The notes: generated by a model not told the origin, from the letters alone. A stretch of DNA of 32,000 nt from Gemmata obscuriglobus (GCF_008065095.1 NZ_CP042911.1:5610001-5642000), one strand, 5' to 3'; positions 17,326 through 25,679 are shown, counted from the stretch's first letter. Translations and numbers: made by a program.

Positions 17326-17491
17326 GCGAATGAGTGTCGGAATAACCGAAACCGGATGTCGCGCCGGAGCCGAAACGTCCGAGCCGGGCTGTAAACTGTT
17401 TTGCGATTTGCTGCGTCTTGGCGAACTTCCGCGCCCCACGAAATGGGGCACGTTCTAAATCATGCTGTCGCCGGAAACGGCGGCAACGGAC

Positions 17492-18984
17492 GACACTTCT
17501 CGCTGGACGCGACAGCGGGTACTGCGTTGCGGTGATTGATCTTGTGAAAGAGTCCAGCCGGTGCCTTTTTGGGGGTTACCACACCAACCCATCAAGGACA
17601 CCGGCATGGACCGCGCTCATGTGCGCGTTGTGTCGAAGAGTTGTGCCCCGGAGACCTTCCCGTGCCCCCGGTGCGGAGAACGGGGACGGCGGAAAGGTAC
17701 CCACACCCGCCGCGTTCGGGACATCGCCTACGGGGAAATCGTGTTCCTCGAGTTGACCGTTGGAGAATACCGCGCCACCTGTGCCTGTTGCAAGACCTTC
17801 CGCTCTCAGATCGAAGGGATCGAACCTCGAGCCGAGTACACCAACCGCGTTCGCGAGGCCGTCATCGACCGACTCCTCGAGGACGGCATGAGCGCCCATC
17901 GGCTCCAACAGGCGTTGCGTCGGGACTTCCTCCTGGATCTGTCCGACGGGTTCCTCTCGGACTGCCTGGACTGGAAGGTGCGCCAGACCGACATGCCCGG
18001 GTACCGCCAGTGGACGCTTGACAACTTCTCGGGCACCCTGTGCATCGACGAGCTGCACTTGGGCCACCGCACGCTCCTGTTGGCCACCGACCCGATCGGC
18101 GATTTCCCGGTGGCCTTCGCCGTGGTCTCGGCCAACGATCAGGCCCATATGCGTGGGTTCCTGAACAACCTGCGGAACCACGGGTTCTTGCCCCAAGTGG
18201 TCGTCACCGATGGCTCGAACCTGTACCCCACCGTGTTGGCGGACCTGTGGCCCCACGCCCGTCACCAGCTGTGCGTGTTCCATGTCCTCAAGGACATCAA
18301 TACCCATGTCTTCGATGCCCTGCGACGGCTCCGACGCGCGCTCGCCCGAAAAGGGGGACGGAAGCGACGTCGGGGCCGGCCGAGCAAGGCCCAGAAACAG
18401 GCCCGGGCACGCCGCGGGAAGACCAAGACGGAGCAAGGGCACTTCGTGTGGAAGCATCGGCACCTGATCGTGACCCGACCCGAACATCTGGATGGGCGAC
18501 AACGCCGCTGGCTCAGCCAGATGTTCGGTTACCTGCCCGCGCTGCGGGCGCTCCGCGCGTTCGCGCTTCGGATCTATCGGCTGTTCGACCCCGAGCAAAG
18601 CCCTCATCAAGCGCGGTGCCGTCGGGCGGCTCTGGTCCGAGACGCACAGTACCAATCCGATCCCGACCTGTCCTCGGCGTTGGAACTGCTGAGCGCCGAG
18701 AAGTTCGACAAGATGATGGCGTTCCTGCACAGCCCCCACGCTCGACGGGTTCGGACCAATAACCACGTGGAGCGCACCAATCGGCGCCTCCGATACTTGG
18801 AAAAGGTGCGGTACAAATGGCGTCGGCGAAGGACCATCGTCCGGTTCATCGTCCTGGCCCTGGATCGCTGGCACCAACAACGCTTGACCCAAAAACAAAC
18901 CGCGGTCACGCCGGATACACAGTCGAAGGGTGTGGAGACCAGAAAGCCGGCATCATGAAGTTGTCGCGTTCAGCGAGAAGTCTC
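17492..18984 (+). mobile_element. Complete ISL3-family-like insertion sequence (1493 bp) with 25-bp terminal inverted repeats and an 8-bp target-site duplication
   Basis: IR-L at 17492-17516 is GACACTTCTCGCTGGACGCGACAGC. The reverse complement of IR-R at 18960-18984 is GAGACTTCTCGCTGAACGCGACAAC, giving 22/25 identical. The direct repeat CAACGGAC flanks both ends (17484-17491 and 18985-18992). A single transposase ORF lies inside. Confidence 0.85.
17606..18958 (+). CDS. ISL3-family-like DDE transposase
   Basis: An N-terminal zinc-finger pattern (CPRCGERGRRKGTHTRRVRDIAYGEIVFLELTVGEYRATCACCKTF) resembles zf-ISL3. LCIDELHLGHRTLL... and VVVTDGSNLY...LCVFHVLKDI resemble the ISL3 DDE core. ATG at 17606 is preferred; the GTG at 17561 is an alternative. 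Confidence 0.8.
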   Translation: MDRAHVRVVSKSCAPETFPCPRCGERGRRKGTHTRRVRDIAYGEIVFLELTVGEYRATCACCKTFRSQIEGIEPRAEYTNRVREAVIDRLLEDGMSAHRLQQALRRDFLLDLSDGFLSDCLDWKVRQTDMPGYRQWTLDNFSGTLCIDELHLGHRTLLLATDPIGDFPVAFAVVSANDQAHMRGFLNNLRNHGFLPQVVVTDGSNLYPTVLADLWPHARHQLCVFHVLKDINTHVFDALRRLRRALARKGGRKRRRGRPSKAQKQARARRGKTKTEQGHFVWKHRHLIVTRPEHLDGRQRRWLSQMFGYLPALRALRAFALRIYRLFDPEQSPHQARCRRAALVRDAQYQSDPDLSSALELLSAEKFDKMMAFLHSPHARRVRTNNHVERTNRRLRYLEKVRYKWRRRRTIVRFIVLALDRWHQQRLTQKQTAVTPDTQSKGVETRKPAS

Positions 18985-18998
18985 CAACGGACCCCACA

Positions 18999-21125
18999 AT
19001 GGCGAACGAAACAACACCCGCGTCCGGCTCGCCTCTCCTGCGGAGCGAACTGCTCCTGTCGGTGGCGCTGCTCGGGCTGCTCGTAATCTTCCTGGTGCCG
19101 CTACCGACGATCGTCCTGGACATGCTCCTGGCGTTCAACATCAGCGCCACCTTGTTGCTGCTGCTGGTCACGCTGACCGTGAAGCAGCCACTGGAGTTCT
19201 CGACGTTCCCGTCGCTACTTTTGCTCCTGACGCTGTTCCGGCTCGCCCTGAACGTGGCGACCACGCGGCTGGTGCTGCTGAACGGGGACGCCGGGACCAT
19301 CGTCGAGGCGTTCGGCAAGTTCGTCGTGGGCGGCAGCCTGATCGTGGGGCTGGTGATCTTCCTGATCCTCATCGTGATCCAGTTCGTGGTCATCACGAAG
19401 GGGGCCGGGCGGGTGTCCGAGGTGGCCGCCCGGTTCACGCTCGACTCGCTGCCCGGGAAGCAGATGGCGATCGACGCCGAGATGAACGCCGGGATGATCG
19501 ACGAGGCCGAGGCGAAGCGGCGGCGCACGTCGCTGATGCGCGAGAGCGAGTTCTACGGCACGATGGACGGTGCGAGCCGGTTCGTCCGGGGCGACGCGGT
19601 CGCGGCCATCATTATTACGGCGATCAACCTGTTCGGCGGGTTCATCATCGGCCTGACGAAGGGGATGCCGCTGGCCGAGGCGGTCCGGCGGTACTCGATC
19701 CTGACCATCGGCGACGGGCTGGTGACGCAGATCCCGGCCCTGATCACCGCGACCGCCTCGGCGATGCTGGTGACGAAGGCGACCTCGGGCACGAGCCTGG
19801 GCGAGGAGCTGGGCGGACAGTTCTCGGCCGCCTCCGGGCCGTTCCGGCTGGCGGCGTTCATCCTGATCGCCCTGGCGCTGGTGCCCGGGATGCCGATGCT
19901 GCCGTTCCTGGCGCTGGGCGTCGCGCTGCTGCTCCTGTCGCGGCGGATGTCACGGGTGCCGGAGCTGCCGCCCGCGGCGAAGGCCGAAGCGGCGGCGGCG
20001 GCCGCCGCCGCGGCCGCGCCGTCGAAGTCGCCGGTCGAAGGGTACCTGGACGACTTCCTGCAGAGCGACCGCGTGAGCCTCGAAATCGGTGCCGCCCTGA
20101 TCCCGATGGTGTCGGCGCGGCGCGGCCCCGGTCTGATCGACCGCATCGGCGGGCTGCGGCGCGACCTGGCGAAGCAGAGCGGGCTGTGGGTGCCCGCGGT
20201 GCGGGTCCGCGACAACCTCCAGCTCGACCCGCCCACGTACCGCATCCTGCTGGGCGGCCGCGAGGTGGCCCGCGGGGACGTGCGCCCCGACCTGTGGCTG
20301 GCGATCGATCCGGGCGGCGCGGCCCGCGTCCCGCTGACCGGCGAGGACGCCCGCGAGCCGGCGTTCGGGCTGCCCGCGAAGTGGATCAGCGAGGCCGACC
20401 GGAACCGAGCCGAGGCCGCCGGGTTCACCGTGGTCGACTCGCCCAATGTGATCATCACGCACCTGGGCGAGGTGGTGCGGCGGCACGCCGGCGAGCTGCT
20501 CGGCCGCGACGACCTGAAGTCGATGGTGGACCGGGTCCGCGAGACCACGCCGGCGGTGGTCGACGACCTGATCCCGAACGTCGTGAGCATGGGGCTGCTG
20601 CACCGCGTGCTGACGCAGCTCCTGGACGAGCGGGTGCCGATCTCGAACCTGCCCCGCATCCTGGAAAGCCTGGCGGCCCACGCGCCGACCGTGAAGGACC
20701 CCGCCGAACTCGCGGAGCGGGTGCGCGTCGACCTCGGGCGCGCGGTCGTGGACCGGTTCCGCGACCCCACGGGGCGGATCCGCGCGATCGTGCTGGACCC
20801 GCGGCTCGAGCTGGACCTGAAGCGGGCCGTGCAGAACAACCAGCTCATCATCGACCCGTCCCGGCTGGAACAGCTCACGATGCGGGTCGCGGCCGAGCTG
20901 CGCAAGGCCGGCGCCCGCGGGTACGAGGCGGCCCTGTTGTGCGACGCCGGCCTCCGGCGGGCGCTGCGGCACTCGCTGGCCCGGGCGCTGCACGACCTGA
21001 GCGTGGTCTCCTACCAGGAGATCCCGACCGACCTTCTGATGGAACCGGTGGCGGTGATCCGCCCCGAAGAGCTGACCGGCGAGGGCTCGTCCGTCGCCGC
21101 GATGTTTGAGCAACCCCGGCCTTAG
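18999..21125 (+). CDS. flhA: Flagellar export apparatus protein FlhA
   Basis: MANETTPASGSPLLRSELLLSVALLGLLVIFLVPLP..., with the FHIPEP region (FLILIVIQFVVITKGAGRVSEVAARFTLDSLPGKQMAIDAE) and a C-terminal cytoplasmic domain. The ORF-track start at 18930 lies inside the IS and is rejected. Confidence 0.95.
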   Translation: MANETTPASGSPLLRSELLLSVALLGLLVIFLVPLPTIVLDMLLAFNISATLLLLLVTLTVKQPLEFSTFPSLLLLLTLFRLALNVATTRLVLLNGDAGTIVEAFGKFVVGGSLIVGLVIFLILIVIQFVVITKGAGRVSEVAARFTLDSLPGKQMAIDAEMNAGMIDEAEAKRRRTSLMRESEFYGTMDGASRFVRGDAVAAIIITAINLFGGFIIGLTKGMPLAEAVRRYSILTIGDGLVTQIPALITATASAMLVTKATSGTSLGEELGGQFSAASGPFRLAAFILIALALVPGMPMLPFLALGVALLLLSRRMSRVPELPPAAKAEAAAAAAAAAAPSKSPVEGYLDDFLQSDRVSLEIGAALIPMVSARRGPGLIDRIGGLRRDLAKQSGLWVPAVRVRDNLQLDPPTYRILLGGREVARGDVRPDLWLAIDPGGAARVPLTGEDAREPAFGLPAKWISEADRNRAEAAGFTVVDSPNVIITHLGEVVRRHAGELLGRDDLKSMVDRVRETTPAVVDDLIPNVVSMGLLHRVLTQLLDERVPISNLPRILESLAAHAPTVKDPAELAERVRVDLGRAVVDRFRDPTGRIRAIVLDPRLELDLKRAVQNNQLIIDPSRLEQLTMRVAAELRKAGARGYEAALLCDAGLRRALRHSLARALHDLSVVSYQEIPTDLLMEPVAVIRPEELTGEGSSVAAMFEQPRP

Positions 21126-21155
21126 CGCCGTCCCCGCGCCCAGAGTCCCAACACC

Positions 21156-21899
21156 ATGAGCGGCAACCTGAACACCGGCAACATCCAGGCGTACCAGCGG
21201 CAGGCGGAGCAGCAGCGGCGCGACGAGCTGATCGTGTCGCACCTGCCCCTGGTGAAGCACGTCATCGGGCGCCTCATCGGCGACGTGCCCCCGGGCGTGG
21301 ACGTGGAGAACCTGGAGTCGGCCGGGGTGCTCGGGTTGGTCGAGGCGGCGGCCAAGTTCGACCCCGCGCGGAACGCCCAGTTCAAGACGTTCGCGTACCT
21401 CCGCATCCGCGGCGCGATCGTGGACGAGATGCGGCGCAACAGCCCGCTGCCGCAGCACGTTCACGCCCGGCTCGCGCTGGTCCGCCGCGCGTGCCGCACC
21501 CTGCCCCACCCGATCACGGTGGAGGCCATCGCCGCCGCCACCGGGCTGTCCGAGGACGAAGTGACCGACACGCTCTCGGCCGAGCGCATGGCGAAGACCA
21601 TGTCGTGGGAGCAGGCGTCCGAATCGACCGGCCTGGAGCCGGCCGGCGGCGGCGAGGAGCCCGGCGCCGAAATGGAGCGCTGGGAGTCGGTCCAGCAGCT
21701 CGGGGACGCGATCCAGGAGCTGGAGCCGAAGGAGCGGATCGCGGTCACCCTGTATTACAAGGAAGACCTGCGGCTGAAGGAAATCGCCGAGGTGATGAAG
21801 CTGTCGGTGTCGCGGGTGTCGCGGCTCCTGAGCAAGGCCACGTTCGAGCTGGGCGAGCGGCTGAAAGTCCACCGCAACGGTGTACTGAGCCACGGCTAA
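21156..21899 (+). CDS. fliA: Flagellar sigma factor, FliA/WhiG (sigma-28) family
   Basis: Sigma-70 region 2 (LVKHVIGRL...ENLESAGVLGLVEAAAKFDP..FKTFAYLRIRGAIVDEMR) and region 4 (LYYKEDLRLKEIAEVMKLSVSRVSRLLSKA) are present. It sits directly after flhA. Confidence 0.88.
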   Translation: MSGNLNTGNIQAYQRQAEQQRRDELIVSHLPLVKHVIGRLIGDVPPGVDVENLESAGVLGLVEAAAKFDPARNAQFKTFAYLRIRGAIVDEMRRNSPLPQHVHARLALVRRACRTLPHPITVEAIAAATGLSEDEVTDTLSAERMAKTMSWEQASESTGLEPAGGGEEPGAEMERWESVQQLGDAIQELEPKERIAVTLYYKEDLRLKEIAEVMKLSVSRVSRLLSKATFELGERLKVHRNGVLSHG

Positions 21900-21924
21900 C
21901 GCACGTTCCCGGCAACACGGCAAC

Positions 21925-21975
21925 GGCCCGGGCGGGTCCGGCTTCCCACAAGGAGAAGTCGGACCCGCCCGGGCC
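21925..21975. terminator. 16-bp perfect-stem hairpin between convergent fliA and the HEAT-protein gene; probable bidirectional terminator
   Basis: GGCCCGGGCGGGTCCG (19-nt loop) CGGACCCGCCCGGGCC, 26 nt after the fliA stop and 45 nt from the convergent gene's stop. Confidence 0.55.
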
Positions 21976-22019
21976 GCGCTCACGGCGGCAACGGAGAACG
22001 TGACACACCGCAGTCGGCA

Positions 22020-22835
22020 TCACGGATTGGTGACCGCTGCGGGCGGCGGCGGCGGCGGAATCCGGTTGAGCGCGACCACGGCGGCCCGACGCACGTCCGG
22101 GTCCGGGTCGTTGCGGAGCGCGTCCAAATCCAGCACCGCCGCGGCCGCCGGTGCGCCGAGCGTGCCGAGCGTCCGCGCCGCGATCAGCCGCGCGTTGGCG
22201 TCCGGGCTCCTCAAATCGCTCGCGATCGCCCGCACCAGGGCCTCAGACACCTCGTTCGGCTGAACCACACGCAGGGCCGCGATCGCGCCGCGGCGAACGT
22301 CGTCGTCCGGGTCGCGGAGGGTCAGGGTCAGGGCCGGGGCCGCACCGCGCGCCAAAACCCCGAGGTCGGCCAGCGCCTTCGTCGCCCGGACCCGGGTGCT
22401 CGCGTCCCGGCTCAGGAGCTGCTGGGCCAGCAGCTCGACGTCCCGCGGCACCTCCTGGGCCGCGAGGATCGACTCGCGCGCCCGCCGCAGCGCCGCATCA
22501 ATGTCCGTGCTCCGGTTCGCGGCCCGGGCCAGGGCCGGGAGCGTAACGCGGGCGCGCCCGCCGATCTGCCCGAGGGCGTCGATCACCGCCTCCTGAAGCG
22601 GCTCCTGCTCGCGGCCGCGCAGCCGCTCCAGAACGGCCGCCAGGTCGCCGGTCGCGGCGCTCGCCAGCGGGCCGAGTTTGCCGAGCGTGTTGGCCGCCTC
22701 GACCCGGGCCTGCAGCAGGTGCCGCGGGTCCCGCACCACCGCCCCGAGCTTCTTGGCGAGCGCGTCGTCGGCCTCGTCGGCCCGGACCGCCGGCGCGACC
22801 GCACACAGTGCCGCGAGTACGAACAAGCCGCGCAT
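22020..22835 (-). CDS. Periplasmic or secreted HEAT-repeat protein
   Basis: The ATG at 22835 gives the signal peptide MRGLFVLAALCAVAPAVRA. Repeated D(P/A)..VR..A..AL motifs follow (RDPDDDVRRGAIAALR, NDPDPDVRRAAVVALN), which is HEAT/PBS-lyase-like. The 95-codon extension upstream of this ATG in the ORF track is rejected. Confidence 0.8.
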   Translation of the reverse strand: MRGLFVLAALCAVAPAVRADEADDALAKKLGAVVRDPRHLLQARVEAANTLGKLGPLASAATGDLAAVLERLRGREQEPLQEAVIDALGQIGGRARVTLPALARAANRSTDIDAALRRARESILAAQEVPRDVELLAQQLLSRDASTRVRATKALADLGVLARGAAPALTLTLRDPDDDVRRGAIAALRVVQPNEVSEALVRAIASDLRSPDANARLIAARTLGTLGAPAAAAVLDLDALRNDPDPDVRRAAVVALNRIPPPPPPAAVTNP

Positions 22836-23049
22836 TTCTGGCCCTCCATGGCGACCGGAACCCAAGACCCATCGGCCAGGCGGCGGGGGCAACTGTGGGC
22901 CGGCTCCCGGTCCCGCGGCCCGTGCGCCGCGGGCGGGGCCGCGGGACCGGCGCAACCGCCCCGTTCTGCCCAGGCAAAAATCCCGCGCCGCCTTCGATTC
23001 TTCCCTCATCTCGCTTTGTCTCCAACCAACCGCACACGGGGGTGCACCG

Positions 23050-23895
23050 GTGGTCGTAATCGTCGGCGGCGTGATTGTGCTCGTCTCCGTGCTCGTCGGG
23101 TTCTCGATGGCCGGGGGCAAAATCGGCGCCCTGATTCACCTGTCCGAGTTCGTCACGATCGGCGGCGCCACGCTCGGCTCGCTCATCATGATGTCGCCGG
23201 TCAAGGTGATCAAGGACCTGATCCGCGGCGCGCTCCAAACGGTCAAGGGGTCGCCGTACGGCAAAGCCGCTTGCGTCGAGCTGCTGAAACTGCAGTACGC
23301 GCTCGCCCGGCTGGTGCGCCAGGAGGGGCTGCTGGCCCTCGACTCGCACATCACCAACCCGGACGGCAGCGCGCTGCTCCGGGAGTACCCGAAGCTGAAC
23401 GGCAACCACCACGCCCGCGAGTTCCTGTGCGACTCGCTGGCGCTCATCCTCGACGGCACCGTGGAGAGCAGCCAGCTCACCGAGTGGCTCGAGGAGGAGA
23501 TCCAGGTGGTCGAGCGCGAGCACAACGCGGCGGTGGACACGCTCTCCAAGACGGCCGACTCGCTGCCCGGGTTCGGGATCGTGGCCGCGGTGCTCGGGAT
23601 CGTGGTGACGATGCAGGCGATCGGCGGCCCGGTGGAGGAGATCGGGTACAAGGTCGGTGCCGCGCTCGTCGGGACGTTCCTCGGGATCCTCGCGGCCTAC
23701 GGGTTCGTGGCCCCGATGGCGGCCCGTATGCACGCGCTCGGCGACCAGGAGATCCTGTTCCTCAAGGCGATGGCCGTGGGGGTGGTCGCGATGAACGACG
23801 GGGCCAGCCCGAAGGACGTGGTGGCCCGCGCCCGCCGGGTGATCAGCACCGACTGCCGGCCGAACCAGGCCGAACTCAAGACCATGTTCAGCTAA
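23050..23895 (+). CDS. motA: Flagellar stator protein MotA
   Basis: Colinear with E. coli MotA: N-terminal TM (VVVIVGGVIVLVSVLVGFSMAGGKIGAL), the SLPGFGIVAAVLGIV motif and the VGTFLGILAAYGFVAP motif. The GTG at 23050 was chosen by alignment to the MotA N-terminus, so the start is uncertain. Confidence 0.85.
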   Translation: MVVIVGGVIVLVSVLVGFSMAGGKIGALIHLSEFVTIGGATLGSLIMMSPVKVIKDLIRGALQTVKGSPYGKAACVELLKLQYALARLVRQEGLLALDSHITNPDGSALLREYPKLNGNHHAREFLCDSLALILDGTVESSQLTEWLEEEIQVVEREHNAAVDTLSKTADSLPGFGIVAAVLGIVVTMQAIGGPVEEIGYKVGAALVGTFLGILAAYGFVAPMAARMHALGDQEILFLKAMAVGVVAMNDGASPKDVVARARRVISTDCRPNQAELKTMFS

Positions 23896-24040
23896 CCGGG
23901 GAGACGGGCGTGGAAGCGCCCCCGCGCCCAGGGCGCGACGTGCGGACCGACCGTGCCCCGTGTTCGGCCCCCGCGGCGGCACGGGGTTTCGACTTCCTGC
24001 TTCTTTTCCGACCTGATCCGGCTTCCGGGGCGAGGGCAAC

Positions 24041-24592
24041 ATGGCAAAAGGCGGCGGCTCGTGGAAGGTGGCGTACGCGGACTTCGTGACCGCGATGATG
24101 GCGTTCTTCCTCGTGATGTGGATCGGCGCCCAGGACGTGAAGGTGCGCCAGTCGGTGGCGAACTATTTCATCGACCCGGCGGGCGTGAGCAAGAAGCCGG
24201 TCTCCGACGGGGCGGTGCTCGAAACGCCCTCATCCGGTCCGGTCGCCGGCCAGCTCCAGGTGGCGGGCGGGCGCGGCACCCGGGTGCCGTCCGGCGGGGT
24301 GCCGAGCCCCAGCACGGCCGCCATCCTGAACTGGATCAACGCCGACGCCGCCCGCTCGCGGCACTGGAAGGGCGAGGCCCAGCGGGTCCGCGAGGCGGCC
24401 GCGGCTCAGAAGGCCGTCAACGAGAGCCGAACCCCGGAAGAGGTCGAGATCGCCCAACTGTCCCAGCTCCTGGCGTCCGACCTGGCGGGCACGGTCCCCA
24501 AGGACATGCCGGAAGTGTACAAGGATCTGTTGTTTAGCGCGTTCAAAGAGGTAAACTGGGAACAGGTGGCGGGGACGCTACTCAAGGATTGA
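24041..24592 (+). CDS. motB: Short MotB-like stator protein (183 aa) with no recognisable OmpA-like peptidoglycan-binding domain
   Basis: [24 protein letters not shown] is nearly identical to the E. coli MotB TM/Asp32 segment ([23 protein letters not shown]), and a plug-like ANYFIDP follows. The remaining ~130 aa have no GHTD or N..LS..RA type motifs. Confidence 0.85.
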   Translation: MAKGGGSWKVAYADFVTAMMAFFLVMWIGAQDVKVRQSVANYFIDPAGVSKKPVSDGAVLETPSSGPVAGQLQVAGGRGTRVPSGGVPSPSTAAILNWINADAARSRHWKGEAQRVREAAAAQKAVNESRTPEEVEIAQLSQLLASDLAGTVPKDMPEVYKDLLFSAFKEVNWEQVAGTLLKD

Positions 24593-24669
24593 GTCCGGGA
24601 CGAACTTGCGTCCCACGGGCACCCCGGGTATAGCCGCCGAACCCACAAACACCCGGTGAGGTCCGACTC

Positions 24670-25272
24670 ATGAGGCTCACACTGTACCGCGGCTCCGCCG
24701 TCGCCCTGCTGCTCGGGGCCGTTGTCGCCGGGGCGACCGCCCAGCCGCCGGCGTACCTGGACAAATTGAAGGCCGACACCGCGGCGTTGGCCAGTGAGCG
24801 TGCCACCGCAGAATCGTCCGGCGCCGAACGCGCCCGGCTCACGAACGACCTCAAAAAACTCCTCGAGCGGATCGAGAAGGCGCCACCGCCCGTCGTGCAG
24901 CCACCGGCCCCGCCCGCAGTCAAACCTAAACCCCCCGGCGCCGCCTTCTCCCCGCTCGCCACGGACAAGCTCCGATCCGCAATGGATCTGGTCCGCGCGA
25001 ACGAGATTTATTCCGCTCTCAACGCCTTCCGGCAATTGAACTTACAAGAACTCTCGGCGGAGGATCGGGCGTTCGCCCGGTTCATGGAAGCGTCGTGCCT
25101 GCGGCGCCTGGGGCACGCCAAAGAGGCCCTGCCCATTTACCGCGAGGTCGGGGACGCCAACGAGGACCCGTTCGTCGCCTCTTCGGCCGTTTCACAGGTC
25201 GCGCTGCTGCGCACCAGTGAAGAACTTCAGGCCCAGCTTACAAAACTGCGCGAGCGGCCAAAAAACCGCTAA
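24670..25272 (+). CDS. Secreted protein: signal peptide, coiled-coil segment, Pro-rich linker and a TPR-like C-terminal domain
   Basis: MRLTLYRGSAVALLLGAVVAGATAQPP is the signal peptide. PPPVVQPPAPPAVKPKPP is the linker. The C-terminal region (ANEIYSALNAFRQL...DRAFARFMEASCLRRLGHAKEALPIYREV) has TPR-like spacing. A strong terminator follows. Confidence 0.8.
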   Translation: MRLTLYRGSAVALLLGAVVAGATAQPPAYLDKLKADTAALASERATAESSGAERARLTNDLKKLLERIEKAPPPVVQPPAPPAVKPKPPGAAFSPLATDKLRSAMDLVRANEIYSALNAFRQLNLQELSAEDRAFARFMEASCLRRLGHAKEALPIYREVGDANEDPFVASSAVSQVALLRTSEELQAQLTKLRERPKNR

Positions 25273-25299
25273 CGATTAGCGGGCCTCGCGCATTTTTTT
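25247..25299 (+). terminator. Intrinsic terminator ending the motA-motB-TPR unit
   Basis: Outer stem TGCGCGAG (25247-25254) pairs with CTCGCGCA (25285-25292). It encloses an inner hairpin, CCGCTAA cga TTAGCGG (25265-25281), and is followed immediately by TTTTTTT (25293-25299). Confidence 0.75.
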
Positions 25300-25329
25300 G
25301 CTTTCACAACTCATTTCCCCGCGGCTCTC

Positions 25330-25665
25330 GTGCTACAGGAATTGCGAGCAACCGTGAGAGCCGCGACTGAACTGACGGCCGAACTCGGCGAGCGGTTCAA
25401 AGTCGGCGACGCAGCACCCGAGTTGGTCACCCGACTCACGGCGCTGGTCGCCACGTTGGAACTGCAACTGACCCGGACCGAGAACCTCCCGGACGACCTC
25501 TGCGCGGCCGTTGCCGAGCTGCAACAGCTGCTTCAGAAGACGACAGCGACCGGCGGGCGTTGGCTCGATGCAGTCGCCGACGGTCCGGAACTTGCGAGCT
25601 ACTGGATGCGGGCCCGTGTACAGAAGGTGTACGGGTTGCTCATCCGAGACGAATCCCCCCCCTAA
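25330..25665 (+). CDS. Small all-helical hypothetical protein upstream of fliK (possible flagellar accessory or chaperone protein)
   Basis: 111-aa ORF with a GTG start, coding-like GC3 and a helical Leu/Ala/Glu-rich sequence. It ends 14 nt before the fliK ATG. No family recognised. Confidence 0.55.
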   Translation: MLQELRATVRAATELTAELGERFKVGDAAPELVTRLTALVATLELQLTRTENLPDDLCAAVAELQQLLQKTTATGGRWLDAVADGPELASYWMRARVQKVYGLLIRDESPP

Positions 25666-25679
25666 GACGAGCAGCACCG

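Noticed and set aside
17330-17458. A 42-codon ORF (MSVGITETGCRAGAETSEPGCKLFCDLLRLGELPRPTKWGTF) in the flhB-IS spacer.
   Set aside because: It has no Shine-Dalgarno sequence, atypical codon usage for this genome (AT-richer) and no recognisable motif. It is more likely non-coding leader or promoter DNA for flhA.
18930-18998. The ORF-track start of flhA at 18930 (MWRPESRHHEVVAFSEKSPTDPT...).
   Set aside because: These codons lie inside the IS right end and TSD. The conserved FlhA N-terminus begins at the ATG at 18999 (MANETTPASGSPLL...).
19975-20015. A GCG/GCC-rich simple-sequence tract (poly-Ala, AAAAAAAAAA) inside flhA.
   Set aside because: It encodes the flexible linker between the FlhA membrane and cytoplasmic domains, and it is in frame. 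There is no evidence that it is a slippage-prone contingency locus.
22836-23120. A 95-codon N-terminal extension of the HEAT-repeat ORF, and the 124-codon extension of the motA ORF (22678-23049), which would overlap each other.
   Set aside because: The extensions are low-complexity and overlap divergently. An internal ATG at 22835 yields a classical signal peptide, and the GTG at 23050 aligns with the MotA N-terminal TM helix.
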